DNA from: Polyangiaceae bacterium
Lineage (GTDB): Bacteria > Myxococcota_A > Polyangia > Polyangiales > Polyangiaceae
Direction: 5' to 3'
NCBI GenBank assembly: GCA_044222475.1
Contig: JBGANF010000028.1
Coordinates: 1-64,000, forward strand
DNA: 64,000 bases
Positions 27,518 through 38,250 of the stretch are shown here, piece after piece. Position numbers and translations under genes: made by a program. Within the stretch, counting starts at the first letter, position 1. The number at the start of each line of letters is the position of its first letter. Below the pieces are notes generated by a model. That model worked only from the letters and a program-made list of their open reading frames with translations, searched no databases and had not been told where the DNA came from.

Positions 27518-28840
27518 ATGAGATTTCTTCGTTCCGCGCTGGTCTTGGTGACTCCGGTCCTCGCTTTCGCCCGCTGCAATCCCTCGGATTCGACGGTGAA
27601 CAACCCCGACGCTGCACCGGTGAACGAGTGCCCAGCGCCGAGCGGTCCCGTGATCGAGCACAAGAGCACCATCACCGCGGACGAAACCTGGTCGGCCGAC
27701 AGCGTCCACCGGGTCACCTTCGGGATCTCGATCAAGAAGGGCGCGACCTTGACGATCGCGCCGTGCGCCATCGTCAAGGTCGGTCCGGCCTATGCGATCG
27801 TCGCAGACGGCGGCAACCTCGTGGCCGAAGGCACCGCGACCAGGCCGATCCAGTTCCTCGCCGACGACCCGAGCCAACCGTGGGGGTTCATCCAGGCGTT
27901 CGCGCCGGGCACGATCAAGCTCGCGTACGCCACCGTGAGCGACGCAGGCGGAGAGGCCACGAACTCGTTCGGTGCCATCGAGGCACGCGGCGATCAGCTT
28001 CTCCCCGCCCAGGAGATCCTCAAGGTCGACCACGTCACCGTGAAGGGCTCGAAGAACTACGGCGTCTCGCTCCGCGCTGGCGCCGCGTTCACGAAGGACT
28101 CGGCGGCGCTCACCATCACCGGCTCGGCGAAGTCGCCCATCCGCGTCCTCCCGCGTCTCGTGAGCAACATCCCGACCGGCAGCTACACCGGCAACACGGA
28201 CGACCGGATCACGATCGCTCCCGAGAACTACGGCGACGTCAACGTCGAAGACGTGACGATGCACGATCGCGGCGTTCCGTACCGCGTGGGGGATCCGAAC
28301 ACCGGCACGCGGTTCTGGATCGGTCCGCAGCACTTCACCCTGACGATCGAGCCGGGCGTGAAGCTCCAGTTCGGCACGGCCGGCCTCATCGCCACGAAAG
28401 AGAACAACGGAACCACCGGCGTCCTCGTGGCCAAGGGCACGGCCGACAAGCCGATCGTCTTCACCAGCGCGGCGCCGGCACCGGCCGCTGGCGACTGGCA
28501 GGGCATCGAGTTCAGCAAGGTGCTCGACGCCGCGAACGCGCTCGACCACGTCGAGGTGCGCTACGCCGGCGGGCCGAGCGGCGCGAACAGCTTCCACTGC
28601 GAGACCGACGGGAGCTTCTCGAAGAGCGAGGACGCGGCGGTGTCGATCTACGTGAAGCCCGGCGCGTTCATCACGAACAGCCTCTTCTCCGACAGCAAGG
28701 GCGCGGGCATCAACCTCGCGTACTCGGACGACTACGTCGACCTCAAGGCGACGAACACGTTCAACGCGATCGCAGGCTGCTCGGTGACGCGCCCCCGCGC
28801 GAAGACCACCGGCGCGTGCACCGCGTCGCCTTGCCCGTGA
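27518..28840 (+). CDS. Lipoprotein with repeated beta-helix-like modules
   Basis: Signal peptide with Cys; repeated LTIxPG and L.A.GTA.KPI.F..W motifs. Confidence 0.7.
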   Translation: MRFLRSALVLVTPVLAFARCNPSDSTVNNPDAAPVNECPAPSGPVIEHKSTITADETWSADSVHRVTFGISIKKGATLTIAPCAIVKVGPAYAIVADGGNLVAEGTATRPIQFLADDPSQPWGFIQAFAPGTIKLAYATVSDAGGEATNSFGAIEARGDQLLPAQEILKVDHVTVKGSKNYGVSLRAGAAFTKDSAALTITGSAKSPIRVLPRLVSNIPTGSYTGNTDDRITIAPENYGDVNVEDVTMHDRGVPYRVGDPNTGTRFWIGPQHFTLTIEPGVKLQFGTAGLIATKENNGTTGVLVAKGTADKPIVFTSAAPAPAAGDWQGIEFSKVLDAANALDHVEVRYAGGPSGANSFHCETDGSFSKSEDAAVSIYVKPGAFITNSLFSDSKGAGINLAYSDDYVDLKATNTFNAIAGCSVTRPRAKTTGACTASPCP

Positions 28841-28844
28841 ACGG

Positions 28845-30422
28845 CTACTTCAGCTCGCGGAACTTCAGCGGCTGAGCGACGTTCTTCACCTGAGCGGTCT
28901 CGATGTCGCCGAAGGTGTAGCCGTGGCCGTCGGGGAGCTTCGCGATCCCATCGTCCATCACGAGGATGCGACCCTTGGTCGCGCACCCTTGCAGGCGCGC
29001 GGTGTTGTTCATGCCGGCCGAGAACCCGGTGAAGTTCGAGTTCGGTCCGAACGTCCCGACGAACAGCGGCGCCAGGTTCACGCCGGTGGACACGTTGAGG
29101 CCCGACGCGCGCAGCGCCTCGAACCCGGGTCGATTCGGGAACGCCTCGGTCATGGCGCGGACGTCCTTGGCGCAATCGAGCGCGCGCGCGAGCCGCTTGC
29201 CGAGCGGCTCTTCGTAGAACGGAGGACCGAAGAGAGCGATGACGCAGTCACCGACCATCTTGTCGAACACGCCGCCGTGCTTCCACACGAGGTTGACCGC
29301 CTCCGCGCCCCACTCTTCGACGAGCTTGGCGACGGCGCTCGGGGTCTTGAGGACTTGCTCCGAGAGGTGAGTGAACCCGGCGATGTCGACGTAGAGGATG
29401 CCGACCGTCTCTTCGCGCGGGAGGAGCAAGCGGCGCTCGTAGTCTTCGCTGCCGACGAGCCGCGCGACGTCTTCGGGGCGGAAGCTCGCGGCGAGGCGGC
29501 GCCACTCCTTGTTGAAGTCGACGATGCGCTGCCGCACGTAGCCCGCGAAGCCGGCGAGGATCTCGCGGTCGAACGTGTTGAAGTGTCCGGTGTTCGACGA
29601 CGCGAGGACCTTGCCGACGAGTGAGCCGTTGGTGACGCCGTCGATGAGGACCTCTTCTTGGGCGTTCTTGAACTGGAGGCGCTCGAGGATCGCGGCGTCG
29701 TTCTTGAAGAGGTACGCGCGTCCCGCGTCGACGATGCTGCGGTCACCTCGACCGGAGAGCGTGTCGAGCGTGATCTTGCCGCGCTCGTAGAGGCGCACGT
29801 GGAGCGTCGCGCCCCCGCCCGAGTTCGTGTCTTCGGCGACGAAGACCATCAGCATGCGGTCGAGTGGGAGCGCCTTGGCGAGAGCTTCTTCGGCGAGCGC
29901 GAGGCCGTCCCCGAGGACGCGGTGGCGGAGCGCCGCGCCGAGCTCCATCATCACCGCGTGCTTCTCGCGCGCGGCGCGGAGAGCGAAGAGGTAGTTGTCG
30001 AGGACCTCGCACACGTTGTCGAGCTTGGTCGCGGCTTGGTCGTCGGTGAGGGGCGCGTGCTCGTCGAAGACGAAGCCGGCGCGCCCGAACCACGTGCCAG
30101 CCACGTCGAGCGGCTGGGCGATCACGCGCACGTCGCCGATCTTCTTCTTGAAGACCTCGCGAGCTTCCTCGCCAGTGGCGATGCTCATCGTGTCCCAACT
30201 TGGTACTTCGAGCTTCGGCGGCCATCGGAAGACGTTCATCAGCCGGTCTTCGTCGTAGCTCTCGAGGAACATCCCGCGCGCGCCGACGGCGGCGCTGACG
30301 GCGGGGAGCAGCTCGTCGAGGACGGACGCGAGGGTCGCGTGGCCGCTCTGCGCGCGCTCAACGATGTCGTCGACTTTGGCGCGTAGGTTCAAGAGCTCGC
30401 GTAGCTCCGCTTCTTCGGACAT
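28845..30422 (-). CDS. Class III adenylate cyclase, cytoplasmic, with N-terminal sensor region
   Basis: LYVDIAGFT, FDKMVGDCV (Lys suggests ATP specificity), NNTARL, VKN. Confidence 0.85.
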   Translation of the reverse strand: MSEEAELRELLNLRAKVDDIVERAQSGHATLASVLDELLPAVSAAVGARGMFLESYDEDRLMNVFRWPPKLEVPSWDTMSIATGEEAREVFKKKIGDVRVIAQPLDVAGTWFGRAGFVFDEHAPLTDDQAATKLDNVCEVLDNYLFALRAAREKHAVMMELGAALRHRVLGDGLALAEEALAKALPLDRMLMVFVAEDTNSGGGATLHVRLYERGKITLDTLSGRGDRSIVDAGRAYLFKNDAAILERLQFKNAQEEVLIDGVTNGSLVGKVLASSNTGHFNTFDREILAGFAGYVRQRIVDFNKEWRRLAASFRPEDVARLVGSEDYERRLLLPREETVGILYVDIAGFTHLSEQVLKTPSAVAKLVEEWGAEAVNLVWKHGGVFDKMVGDCVIALFGPPFYEEPLGKRLARALDCAKDVRAMTEAFPNRPGFEALRASGLNVSTGVNLAPLFVGTFGPNSNFTGFSAGMNNTARLQGCATKGRILVMDDGIAKLPDGHGYTFGDIETAQVKNVAQPLKFRELK

Positions 30423-30465
30423 GGGACGGGCGTATCATGCCACGGGTGAAGGCCGGGCGTCACAG

Positions 30466-31458
30466 TCACTGTGCGTTCGTGCGGCCGGCAAAAAACGCGA
30501 ACGCGCCGTCGATGACGTTGGGCATGACCGCGTGGCCGGTGGTGCCGTCGAGCTCCCTCGCTCGAATCCGGGTTTGCGCCCGCGAGCCGAGGCCCTCCGC
30601 GAGCAGGCACGACCACACGACGGACACCGTGTCGTCCACGCTGTAGTGCGCGACGTAGCCGAACGGAACGCGCGCACCGAGCGCCGGCGGTCGGAGTTTG
30701 TTCGTGGCCGTCGGGCGGCACTGCGACGGGAACTGGGGGTCGGCGAAGATCGTCGAGCACGCCATGTCCTGACCGGGAGGTGCGGTCGTCGTCATGAGGT
30801 ATTGCGACGTCCCATCTTGGTCGGCGCGGGTGGGGCAGGAGTCCGTCGCCCATCCGCCGGACATCTCGGCGAAGCCGGCGATCACCTGAGGAAGCGATGC
30901 GGCGACGAAATACGAGAAGTAGGCGCCGTTGGAGAAGCCCACCGTGTACACGCGCGTCGGGTCGGCTCCCCAGCTGCGCCGCGCCGCCTCGATCAGCGCG
31001 CGGACGTAGACGAGGTCCTCGTTCGCGTCGGGGTTGGCGGTCCACATGTTCCAGCTCGACTCGCCGCTGTTGGCCTGATGATCGACGTCGGCCGGATGCT
31101 GCGCGCCGTTGCGATAGCCGGCGCGCGGTGCGATCGCGACGAAGCCCAGCGAGGCCGCTTTGGCGACGAGATCGAAATCCGCGATCGTGTCCGCAGGCTC
31201 GCCGCCGGTGCCGTGAAACGCGATGAGCAGCGGTGGGTTCGCGGGGCGGTTCGGCGGGAGCACGACCTCGATCGCGTCCTCGGTGCGGCCGGTCATGGTG
31301 AAGCGACCCGAACCCGTCGCCGTGGGAAGAGGCGGGAGCGAAGCCGCGTCGAAGGACGGGCCGGCGTCCTGAGTCGGTGTGGGGGACGTGCCATCGGAGC
31401 CGCACGCGGCGCCGGCGAGGCACGAGAACAGGAGTGCGCAGAGGTGACGCGTCGACAT
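30466..31458 (-). CDS. Lipoprotein alpha/beta hydrolase (PHB depolymerase/esterase-like)
   Basis: Lipobox GAAC, FHGTG, GFSNG nucleophile elbow, C-terminal GH. Confidence 0.75.
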   Translation of the reverse strand: MSTRHLCALLFSCLAGAACGSDGTSPTPTQDAGPSFDAASLPPLPTATGSGRFTMTGRTEDAIEVVLPPNRPANPPLLIAFHGTGGEPADTIADFDLVAKAASLGFVAIAPRAGYRNGAQHPADVDHQANSGESSWNMWTANPDANEDLVYVRALIEAARRSWGADPTRVYTVGFSNGAYFSYFVAASLPQVIAGFAEMSGGWATDSCPTRADQDGTSQYLMTTTAPPGQDMACSTIFADPQFPSQCRPTATNKLRPPALGARVPFGYVAHYSVDDTVSVVWSCLLAEGLGSRAQTRIRARELDGTTGHAVMPNVIDGAFAFFAGRTNAQ

Positions 31459-31473
31459 CGCCTTAGCCGAAGC

Positions 31474-32229
31474 TTAGGCGACTTTGCGGCGACGCGCCGG
31501 GCTGCTCGCACCGGTGCCGAAGTGCACGCGCTCCGCCGGCTGCGAGACGAGGAGCGCCTGGCGCGCGCTGCGCGAGCGCGGCACCTTGACGCCGTGCGGG
31601 AGGACCATCGCGGTGAGTCGCCCGCCGTACACGCACCCGGTGTCGAGGCCGGTCGCGAACGGGTGGAGCTGCAGACCCGGGCACGCGTTGTGGCCGAAGA
31701 TCACGTGGACCGGCCCGCCGTAGAGCTCGCCCCAGAGGACGGCGTTCGGATCGTCGGCGCGGGAGTCTCCGCCGTGGTGGATGCGCCCGAGGCGGGCGAC
31801 TCGGCCGACGCGGATCGTGCGCATGTTGAGGAGGTCGAGCGGGTCCTGCTCTTCGATGGGCGTTCCGGGAACGACGCCGGCGTGGACCACGCGCGCGGAG
31901 TGCTCGGGCAGATCGACCCAGAGCGGCGAGGTCTCGAGGAGGGTCCAGTCGACGGCGCGGAGGCTCTCTGCGACGTCGAGGTGGAGCCGGCTGATCGGCG
32001 TCTTCTTGTTGCGGCGCCAGTCGAGGAGCTTCTGCTCGTGGTTGCCGCGCACGATGATCGCGCCAGTCTGGCGCGCGATGTCGAGCACGCCGAGGGAGCT
32101 CGGCCCTCGGGCGACGAGGTCGCCGACGAACACGAGTCGGTCGCCGGCGGAGAAGCGGACGTCATCGAGGAGAGCTTGGAGCTCGCTCGCGCATCCGTGC
32201 ACGTCACCGACGATGATGGTTCGACCCAC
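31474..32229 (-). CDS. Metallophosphoesterase (ApaH/PrpE-like)
   Basis: GDVHG, GDLVARG, RGNHE, VHAG, FGH, LDTGCVYGGRLTA. Confidence 0.88.
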   Translation of the reverse strand: MGRTIIVGDVHGCASELQALLDDVRFSAGDRLVFVGDLVARGPSSLGVLDIARQTGAIIVRGNHEQKLLDWRRNKKTPISRLHLDVAESLRAVDWTLLETSPLWVDLPEHSARVVHAGVVPGTPIEEQDPLDLLNMRTIRVGRVARLGRIHHGGDSRADDPNAVLWGELYGGPVHVIFGHNACPGLQLHPFATGLDTGCVYGGRLTAMVLPHGVKVPRSRSARQALLVSQPAERVHFGTGASSPARRRKVA

Positions 32230-32388
32230 GCCGCTCTGATCCTTCGCCCTTGGAGAATGCAACGTTACGGGGCGAGTGCCAACCATTGATTACGGTACGC
32301 GCGTGCAGGGCTGGACGCTCGGCATGCAAGTGCCTGAAATCAGGGCCAAACGAGCCTGAACGTAAGCATGCTGACGACCCGGCTCGGG

Positions 32389-32406
32389 CTGGCACGAACC
32401 GTGGAT
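32389..32406 (+). promoter_or_regulatory. sigma54-like promoter
   Basis: CTGGCACG-AACC-GTGGA: consensus -24 box; -12 box has GG instead of GC. Confidence 0.45.
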
Positions 32407-32415
32407 TATGGAGAC

Positions 32416-32637
32416 TCGATCCCGATGCGATGGCAGGCAACTCCCGGCCGTCCTGCCATCGCATCGGGCTCGATCACTCTCGTGAGGGCGATTGCATCGC
32501 CCTCGGCCGCTATGCGGCCTCACCCCACGCGTCTCCGTTCGGCGCGGGCGCGCCGAGACGGAGACTGAACGGGGGCTGCCGCCCCCCTCTCCCCCCGGCC
32601 TCCAGGCTTCGAGCGTCGTCCCAAACTGGGACGGGGG
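32416..32637 (+). ncRNA. Candidate structured small RNA (six consecutive stem-loops)
   Basis: Stems at 32421-32468 (17 bp perfect), 32484-32504, 32505-32519, 32531-32565, 32571-32586 and 32617-32633 in a non-coding gap. Confidence 0.45.
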
Positions 32638-32639
32638 CT

Positions 32640-33926
32640 CTAAATCAGCTTGCGGGATGGCGGCGCTGGCGGCGCTTCGAGCTTCGCGCGCTTCGGGATG
32701 ACCACGAAGCCTTTGTCGGTGACGAAGAAGCGCCGCCGATCCGCTTCGCGGTCGTAGCCGATCTCCATGTACGGCGGGATCTCCACGTCCTTGTCGATGA
32801 TGGCGCGCCGAATCTTCGCGTAGCGGCCGATGCGGACGCCCTCGAAGAGGACGCTCTCTTCCACTTCGCTGAAGCTGTTGATGCGGCACCCGACCGACAG
32901 CACGCTCCGGTGGATGCGACCACCCGAGATGATGCACCCGTGCGACACGAGCGAGTCGGTCGCGCTACCGACGCGCGCCTGAGCCTCGTCGCGGAAGACG
33001 AACTTCGCCGGCGGGTCGTGCGTCACGCCGGTGCGGATCGGCCAACGTGTATTGTACAAGTTGAACAGCGGCTGGATCGCGATAAGATCCATCTGCGCTT
33101 CCCAGTACGCTTCGAGCGTCCCGATGTCGCGCCAGTAGCCACGGCCGGTGCCTTCCTCGCCGGGCACCACGTTGGTCGCGAAATCGTAGGCGTAGACCGC
33201 GCGCCCCTGCTTCACCAGGTTCGGCAGGATGTCGTGCCCGAAGTCGTGCTTGGACTCTTCCTTTTGCGCGTCGAGCTCGAGCGCGTCGAGCAGCACGTTC
33301 GACCGGAACACGTAGTTTCCCATCGAAGCGAGGCACATCTTCGGGTTGCCCGGCATCGGCGGCGGGTTGTCGACCTTCTCGTGGAAGCCGACGATGCGGC
33401 CGTCTTCGGCGGTCTCGATGACGCCGAACTCCTTGCCCTCGGCGAGCGGCACCGGGATGACCGCGACGGTCGCCTCCGCGTTCTTCTCGACGTGGAAGTT
33501 GATCATCTGGCGGACGTCCATCTTGTAGACGTGGTCGCCACCGAAGATCGCGACGAGGTCCGGCTTCTCGTCGGTGAGCACGTGCTGGCACTGGTACACC
33601 GCGTCGGCCGAGCCCTTGAACCAGCTCTTGCCCGTGCGTTGCTGCGCCGGGATCGCCTCGATGAACTGATCGAGGATCGGGCTCAGCCTCCACACGCGCG
33701 CGATGTGCTCTTCGAGCGACGCGCTCTTGTACTGCGTGAGGATCTTGATGCGCGCGAGCCCCGAGTTCACGAAGTTCGACAGGACGATGTCGATGATGCG
33801 GTAGCGACCACCGAACGGAACGGCCGGCTTCGCGCGGTCGAGGGTGAGCGGGTAGAGCCGCTTACCTTCGCCACCTGCGAGGACCATGACGAGCACCTGG
33901 CTCGGCTCGAAGAGCACCGTCGGCAT
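32640..33926 (-). CDS. glgC: Glucose-1-phosphate adenylyltransferase
   Basis: [56 protein letters not shown]. Confidence 0.97.
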   Translation of the reverse strand: MPTVLFEPSQVLVMVLAGGEGKRLYPLTLDRAKPAVPFGGRYRIIDIVLSNFVNSGLARIKILTQYKSASLEEHIARVWRLSPILDQFIEAIPAQQRTGKSWFKGSADAVYQCQHVLTDEKPDLVAIFGGDHVYKMDVRQMINFHVEKNAEATVAVIPVPLAEGKEFGVIETAEDGRIVGFHEKVDNPPPMPGNPKMCLASMGNYVFRSNVLLDALELDAQKEESKHDFGHDILPNLVKQGRAVYAYDFATNVVPGEEGTGRGYWRDIGTLEAYWEAQMDLIAIQPLFNLYNTRWPIRTGVTHDPPAKFVFRDEAQARVGSATDSLVSHGCIISGGRIHRSVLSVGCRINSFSEVEESVLFEGVRIGRYAKIRRAIIDKDVEIPPYMEIGYDREADRRRFFVTDKGFVVIPKRAKLEAPPAPPSRKLI

Positions 33927-33978
33927 CTGAAAGCGATGGTAGCGGAGGCGGACCGGACTTGTCTCTAAAGTGGCGACC

Positions 33979-35202
33979 TCACCCCACGGGCGGCGGGCGC
34001 ATCGTCACTCCCGGGACCCACGAATCCAGCCCCAGCGGCGCGAAGACCGCACGGCCGGCGGCCGACAGCGGCTGGAGCTTCTTGATGAGCTCCTCTTTCC
34101 GCAGGTAGACCTCTTCGCGGCGACCGTCGTCGCTTTCGAGCTTGAGCGACAGCTCCTGAGGGCTCGGGCTACGACGCGCAATCTCGATGACGGTCGGTGC
34201 GAAGTAGTCCACGAGTCGGATCACGAGATCGAGCGAGCGATCACCGTTGACGACGTCGACGTCGTCGAGCTTGGCGAACAGGAGGTCCTGCTTGAAGCCG
34301 TAGAGGTCCTTCACGTCGACCTGGAGCGCGAGGATGAGCTTCTCCACGAGCGCCACGTCGTCCTCTTCGAGCTCCGGCGCGAGCTGGGCCGCGTTGGCGT
34401 CACCCGGGTGCTCGGCATCGACCACGACGCGGCCGTCGCGCTCGGTGCGGCGGATGATCAGGTGCACGCGCTCGGTAGGCTTTCGCTTGAGGTGGATCTC
34501 CGCCTTGTCGTCGCCGAGGACGAGCTCGTGGAAGTACAGGTCGTCGATCTTGAGCTTCTCGGCCTTGACCGTGCCACCGAAGAAGCTCTTCTTCACGCCG
34601 ACGCGGAGCTCTACGCCCGACTGCACGTCGCTCACGCGGCGCGCCTTGTTCCAGTGCGAGCCCGTCGGCGCGCCGAGGCGAAACCGCGCGGTGATTCCGC
34701 GCGCGTTCACGAACGTCGCGGTGGCCTCGTAGCCGGCGTCCTTGCCGTCGCCCATGATGAGCTGCGCTTCCTGGCCCTGCACCGGGAGGCGCGCGACCTT
34801 GAGGAGCGTGTCGACCTTGCCTTGGACCTCGCGTCGCCACACGTCGAGCTGGGCGCGACCCTGCGCACCGTCGGCGTCGTTCTGGGCGAGCGCGTTGCGC
34901 TTCGTCTCCTCCATGAGCCGAACGGCGAACTCGTGGATTTGCCGCGAGTAGCCGAGCGTCAGCGCGTGCTGCGTGTCGGCCGAGGCCTCGCCGAGGGCAC
35001 GCATGAGCTCGGTGTGGAACATCTCGAGGCTGTCGATCCCGTGTTGGCGAACGCGAGCCGCCTCGTCCGCGTCGGTGACCGCCTTCTTGATCAGCCCATC
35101 CAGCTCGACGATCCTCGTCGCCGCGGCCATGAACGACTCGAGGAACCCGAGGAAGTTGTATCCGAGCGGGAAAGGCTGGGAGTCGCCGTAGAGGTACCGC
35201 AT
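33979..35202 (-). CDS. Conserved hypothetical protein with N-terminal coiled-coil region
   Basis: ORF from [12 protein letters not shown] with host-like codon use. Confidence 0.65.
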   Translation of the reverse strand: MRYLYGDSQPFPLGYNFLGFLESFMAAATRIVELDGLIKKAVTDADEAARVRQHGIDSLEMFHTELMRALGEASADTQHALTLGYSRQIHEFAVRLMEETKRNALAQNDADGAQGRAQLDVWRREVQGKVDTLLKVARLPVQGQEAQLIMGDGKDAGYEATATFVNARGITARFRLGAPTGSHWNKARRVSDVQSGVELRVGVKKSFFGGTVKAEKLKIDDLYFHELVLGDDKAEIHLKRKPTERVHLIIRRTERDGRVVVDAEHPGDANAAQLAPELEEDDVALVEKLILALQVDVKDLYGFKQDLLFAKLDDVDVVNGDRSLDLVIRLVDYFAPTVIEIARRSPSPQELSLKLESDDGRREEVYLRKEELIKKLQPLSAAGRAVFAPLGLDSWVPGVTMRPPPVG

Positions 35203-35235
35203 GACGGGAGCCGAGCGTAACAGGGTTCCCGGTCC

Positions 35236-36087
35236 ATGAGCTATGCTGTGCTCGTGGCTCAGCCCCGTCCCTTGAAAGTCGTCGAGCTCGACGAGCGACC
35301 GCGGTTCGTCCCGCGGCCCGCCGAAGCGCACGACGTGCTGCACGCCGCCGGCGACAAGGCGCGCGCCGGCGTCCGCGGCGCGATGGCGACGGTGCTCGCC
35401 CGCAGCGGCTCGGCCCCGTCGACGCCGGGGCAGAAGTTGTATGTTGCACGCGATGGGACGTGCATCGGCACCGTCGGCGGCGGCGCGGTCGAGCGCGAGG
35501 TGCTCGACGCGCTCGCTCGCCTCCTCGACGACGAAGCCCCGAAGCACGCGATCCGCACGTTCAAGCTCGGGGCCGAGCTGGGGATGTGCTGCGGCGGCGC
35601 GGTCGAGGTCCTGCTCGAGCCGCTCGTCGCGCTGGTGCCGTGCCTCCTCGTCGGCGGCGGTCACGTCGCGACCGCGGTCGCACCGCTGCTCGCGCGGGTC
35701 GGCTTCGCGGTCACCATCGTCGACGCGCGCGACGCGTGGGGCGAAGAGGGCCGCATCCCGGGCGTGCGCTCCGTCGTCGGCGACTGGGACGACGTCGGGC
35801 GCGACCTCGACGCGAGCGCCGCGATCCTCGTCATGACCCACGATCACGCGCTCGATCAGGCCGCGATCGAGTGGGCGCTGAAGAAGCGCTTCGCGTACGT
35901 CGGCGGCATCGGCAGCCGCGCGAAGGCGAAGCGCACCCGCGATCGCCTCGAAGCGAAGGGGTTCTCGGTCGAGGACCGTGATCGCGTGCGCATGCCGATC
36001 GGCGTGGCGGTCGGCGCGCGCCTACCGGACGAAATTGCGGTCGCCATCGCGGCCGAGATGGTGGCCTGGCGCCGCCAGCGGAGATGA
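35236..36087 (+). CDS. xdhC: XdhC/CoxI Moco-insertion accessory protein
   Basis: GSAP..PG, GTVGGG, MCCGG, GGGHV, MTHDH, IGSR, MPIG. Confidence 0.9.
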   Translation: MSYAVLVAQPRPLKVVELDERPRFVPRPAEAHDVLHAAGDKARAGVRGAMATVLARSGSAPSTPGQKLYVARDGTCIGTVGGGAVEREVLDALARLLDDEAPKHAIRTFKLGAELGMCCGGAVEVLLEPLVALVPCLLVGGGHVATAVAPLLARVGFAVTIVDARDAWGEEGRIPGVRSVVGDWDDVGRDLDASAAILVMTHDHALDQAAIEWALKKRFAYVGGIGSRAKAKRTRDRLEAKGFSVEDRDRVRMPIGVAVGARLPDEIAVAIAAEMVAWRRQRR

Positions 36088-36091
36088 TTCC

Positions 36092-36892
36092 ATGAGACAC
36101 CCCCTCGTCCTCTTCGTTGTCGCGGCGCTCGCTGGTTGCAGCACGTCCGATCCCTCCGCCGTCGTCGACGCCGGCAAGGACGTCGCGAAGCGCGACGCGT
36201 TCGTCCTGCCGCCAGAGGACGCCGGTCCGGTCTATCGACTGACCGGCAAGGTCATCGACACCGCCGGCAAGCCGTACGACGGAGCGGCGATCCAGATCTG
36301 CGGGAAGATCTGCACCGTGGCGTTCGCCGACTCGACCGGTGCATGGCTCGCTCAGGGCATCACTCCGGAGGCGACTCACCTCCGCGTCGAGGGCAAGCCG
36401 AACGATGGCCGCAACTGGTCTCCGGCGGTGTTCCACATCGCCCTCACCGCCGACACCGACTTCCTGACGCCGACCGTCGTGCCCGAGACGCCACCGCCGG
36501 TCGCGCTCACCGCCGGCGAGAAGACGATGACCGCCGGCGAGGTCGCGATCACGTTCGACGATGCGAAGCTCACCGGTTCGACCCACGTCTTCTCGTCGGT
36601 GCGCGTGCTCAAAAAGGATTGGCCGACATACGACGCGTCCGGCAAGACGATCGTCGCGATCTGGGCCCTGCTCCCGTTCGGCGCGAAGTCGCCGACGCCG
36701 ATGCCCGTCACGCTCGACGTGTCGACCGCGGGCTTGACCGGCGGGGAGAAGGTCACGCTGTTCGCCGTCGATCCGGACAGCGGCCTGCTCACCGAGCCGA
36801 CGGCGGCTACCGTCTCCAACGACGGAAAACAGGCCTCGAGCGACAGCGGCACTGGACTTTTGCGCCTCACTTGGATCGTGCTCGCCAAGTAG
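36092..36892 (+). CDS. Lipoprotein with carboxypeptidase-regulatory-like beta domain
   Basis: Lipobox LAGC; LTGKVIDTAGKP. Confidence 0.65.
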   Translation: MRHPLVLFVVAALAGCSTSDPSAVVDAGKDVAKRDAFVLPPEDAGPVYRLTGKVIDTAGKPYDGAAIQICGKICTVAFADSTGAWLAQGITPEATHLRVEGKPNDGRNWSPAVFHIALTADTDFLTPTVVPETPPPVALTAGEKTMTAGEVAITFDDAKLTGSTHVFSSVRVLKKDWPTYDASGKTIVAIWALLPFGAKSPTPMPVTLDVSTAGLTGGEKVTLFAVDPDSGLLTEPTAATVSNDGKQASSDSGTGLLRLTWIVLAK

Positions 36893-36958
36893 CGGCGCGG
36901 ACCGCGATGCCCGTTGCGCAGGGCTTGCGCTCGCGTAGGCTGGACCCAGAGGTTTCCC

Positions 36959-37600
36959 ATGCGCGCACTTCTCGCTCTCGGTGTTCTCGCGATCGCCGGC
37001 TGCTCGTCGGCTGACACCACCCCGAAGACCGTGGTCGAACCTGCGCCGTCACCGAAAGCGGTGACCGTGTGCGAGTACCCGGCGGGCCCGTACGGCTATC
37101 GCGTGGGCGACACCGTTCCGGCGGACCTCACCTGGAGCGGGCTCGGCGCGGGCGGGACTCCCGTCACGTACCACTCGGCGGACGTCCTCGACTGCGACGG
37201 CACGAAAGGCATCAACGCGATCGTGTTCGACTCGTCGGCAGAGTGGTGTCCCGCCTGCCAGCAGGAGGCGCGCGAGTTCGAGCAGATCATTCGTACCAAT
37301 TGGGGACCGAACGGCGTTCAGATCATCACGCTGATGATCGAAGACAACGCCCACAACCCGACGACCGACATCAACGTCGCCAGCAAGTGGATGAAGAACT
37401 ACGGCCTGCAGAACGTGCCGGTTCTCATGGACCCGGACTTCAAGTTCGCCAGCGCGACGAGCGGCACGATCGGCCTCCCGTACAACGTCCTCGTGAACCC
37501 GCGCGACATGAAGATCGTCAAGGTCGCCTACCACCCGGGTCCGGGCGGCAACGACACGGCGATGAACGCGCTCGTCGCGGCGAACAAGATCCAGCAGTAG
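36959..37600 (+). CDS. Thioredoxin-fold (TlpA/redoxin-like) lipoprotein
   Basis: Lipobox IAGC; WCPAC; cis-Pro-like LPYN. Confidence 0.75.
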   Translation: MRALLALGVLAIAGCSSADTTPKTVVEPAPSPKAVTVCEYPAGPYGYRVGDTVPADLTWSGLGAGGTPVTYHSADVLDCDGTKGINAIVFDSSAEWCPACQQEAREFEQIIRTNWGPNGVQIITLMIEDNAHNPTTDINVASKWMKNYGLQNVPVLMDPDFKFASATSGTIGLPYNVLVNPRDMKIVKVAYHPGPGGNDTAMNALVAANKIQQ

Positions 37601-38233
37601 TCACTGCGAGATCGTGAACGTGCGCGGCTGCGGCTGGGTGAACGGCCCGGTCGCGATCTTTCCGCCGTCGAAGCGCATCCCGTACACGGACACCTCGAGC
37701 TTGCCTGCGGCTTGAAGCGCAGCCCACGCAGTGTCGGACGGGGTGTACTCCTTGTTGATCGTCATGACGCGCAGCACCTCGGCGGCGGGATCGATGCTGC
37801 GGAAGATGATCACGTACGCGTCGTTCGTGAGCCCCGTGCTGGCGCCGCCTTCCGCTCCGCCATCGCCGGCGGCCCACGCAGTGCGCTCGAGGACGAGCTC
37901 GCCCATGATCCGTTGCCAGAGCGACGGTCCGAGGCTGGCGAGCTGACCCGGTGTCCACGTGAACTTGAAGATCGGCGCTCCGGGGAGCACGGCCCCGGCG
38001 AGCGGCACGATGATGGTCGGGGCCTTCGCCGCGTCGGTCTGGATGTTCGGGATCGCCTTCATGAACTCGCGGCACGCGGCTTTGTCGAAGCCGTCGGGCG
38101 TGACCGACGGGTCATCGAGCACGTACTTGCCGTTGCTGCAGCTCGGGTACGGATCGACCGCGGCGGGGTCGGACGAGCACGCAGCGGCGAGGGCAAAAGC
38201 AGCTAGGGCGAAGGCGACGCGCGCAGACTTCAT
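37601..38233 (-). CDS. Hypothetical lipoprotein
   Basis: Lipobox AAAC. Confidence 0.6.
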   Translation of the reverse strand: MKSARVAFALAAFALAAACSSDPAAVDPYPSCSNGKYVLDDPSVTPDGFDKAACREFMKAIPNIQTDAAKAPTIIVPLAGAVLPGAPIFKFTWTPGQLASLGPSLWQRIMGELVLERTAWAAGDGGAEGGASTGLTNDAYVIIFRSIDPAAEVLRVMTINKEYTPSDTAWAALQAAGKLEVSVYGMRFDGGKIATGPFTQPQPRTFTISQ

Positions 38234-38250
38234 CGTCTGGGCGTATCACT

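Noticed and set aside
32421..32637. Hairpin series as a CRISPR array
   Set aside because: The hairpins differ in sequence; no repeat-spacer periodicity and no cas genes
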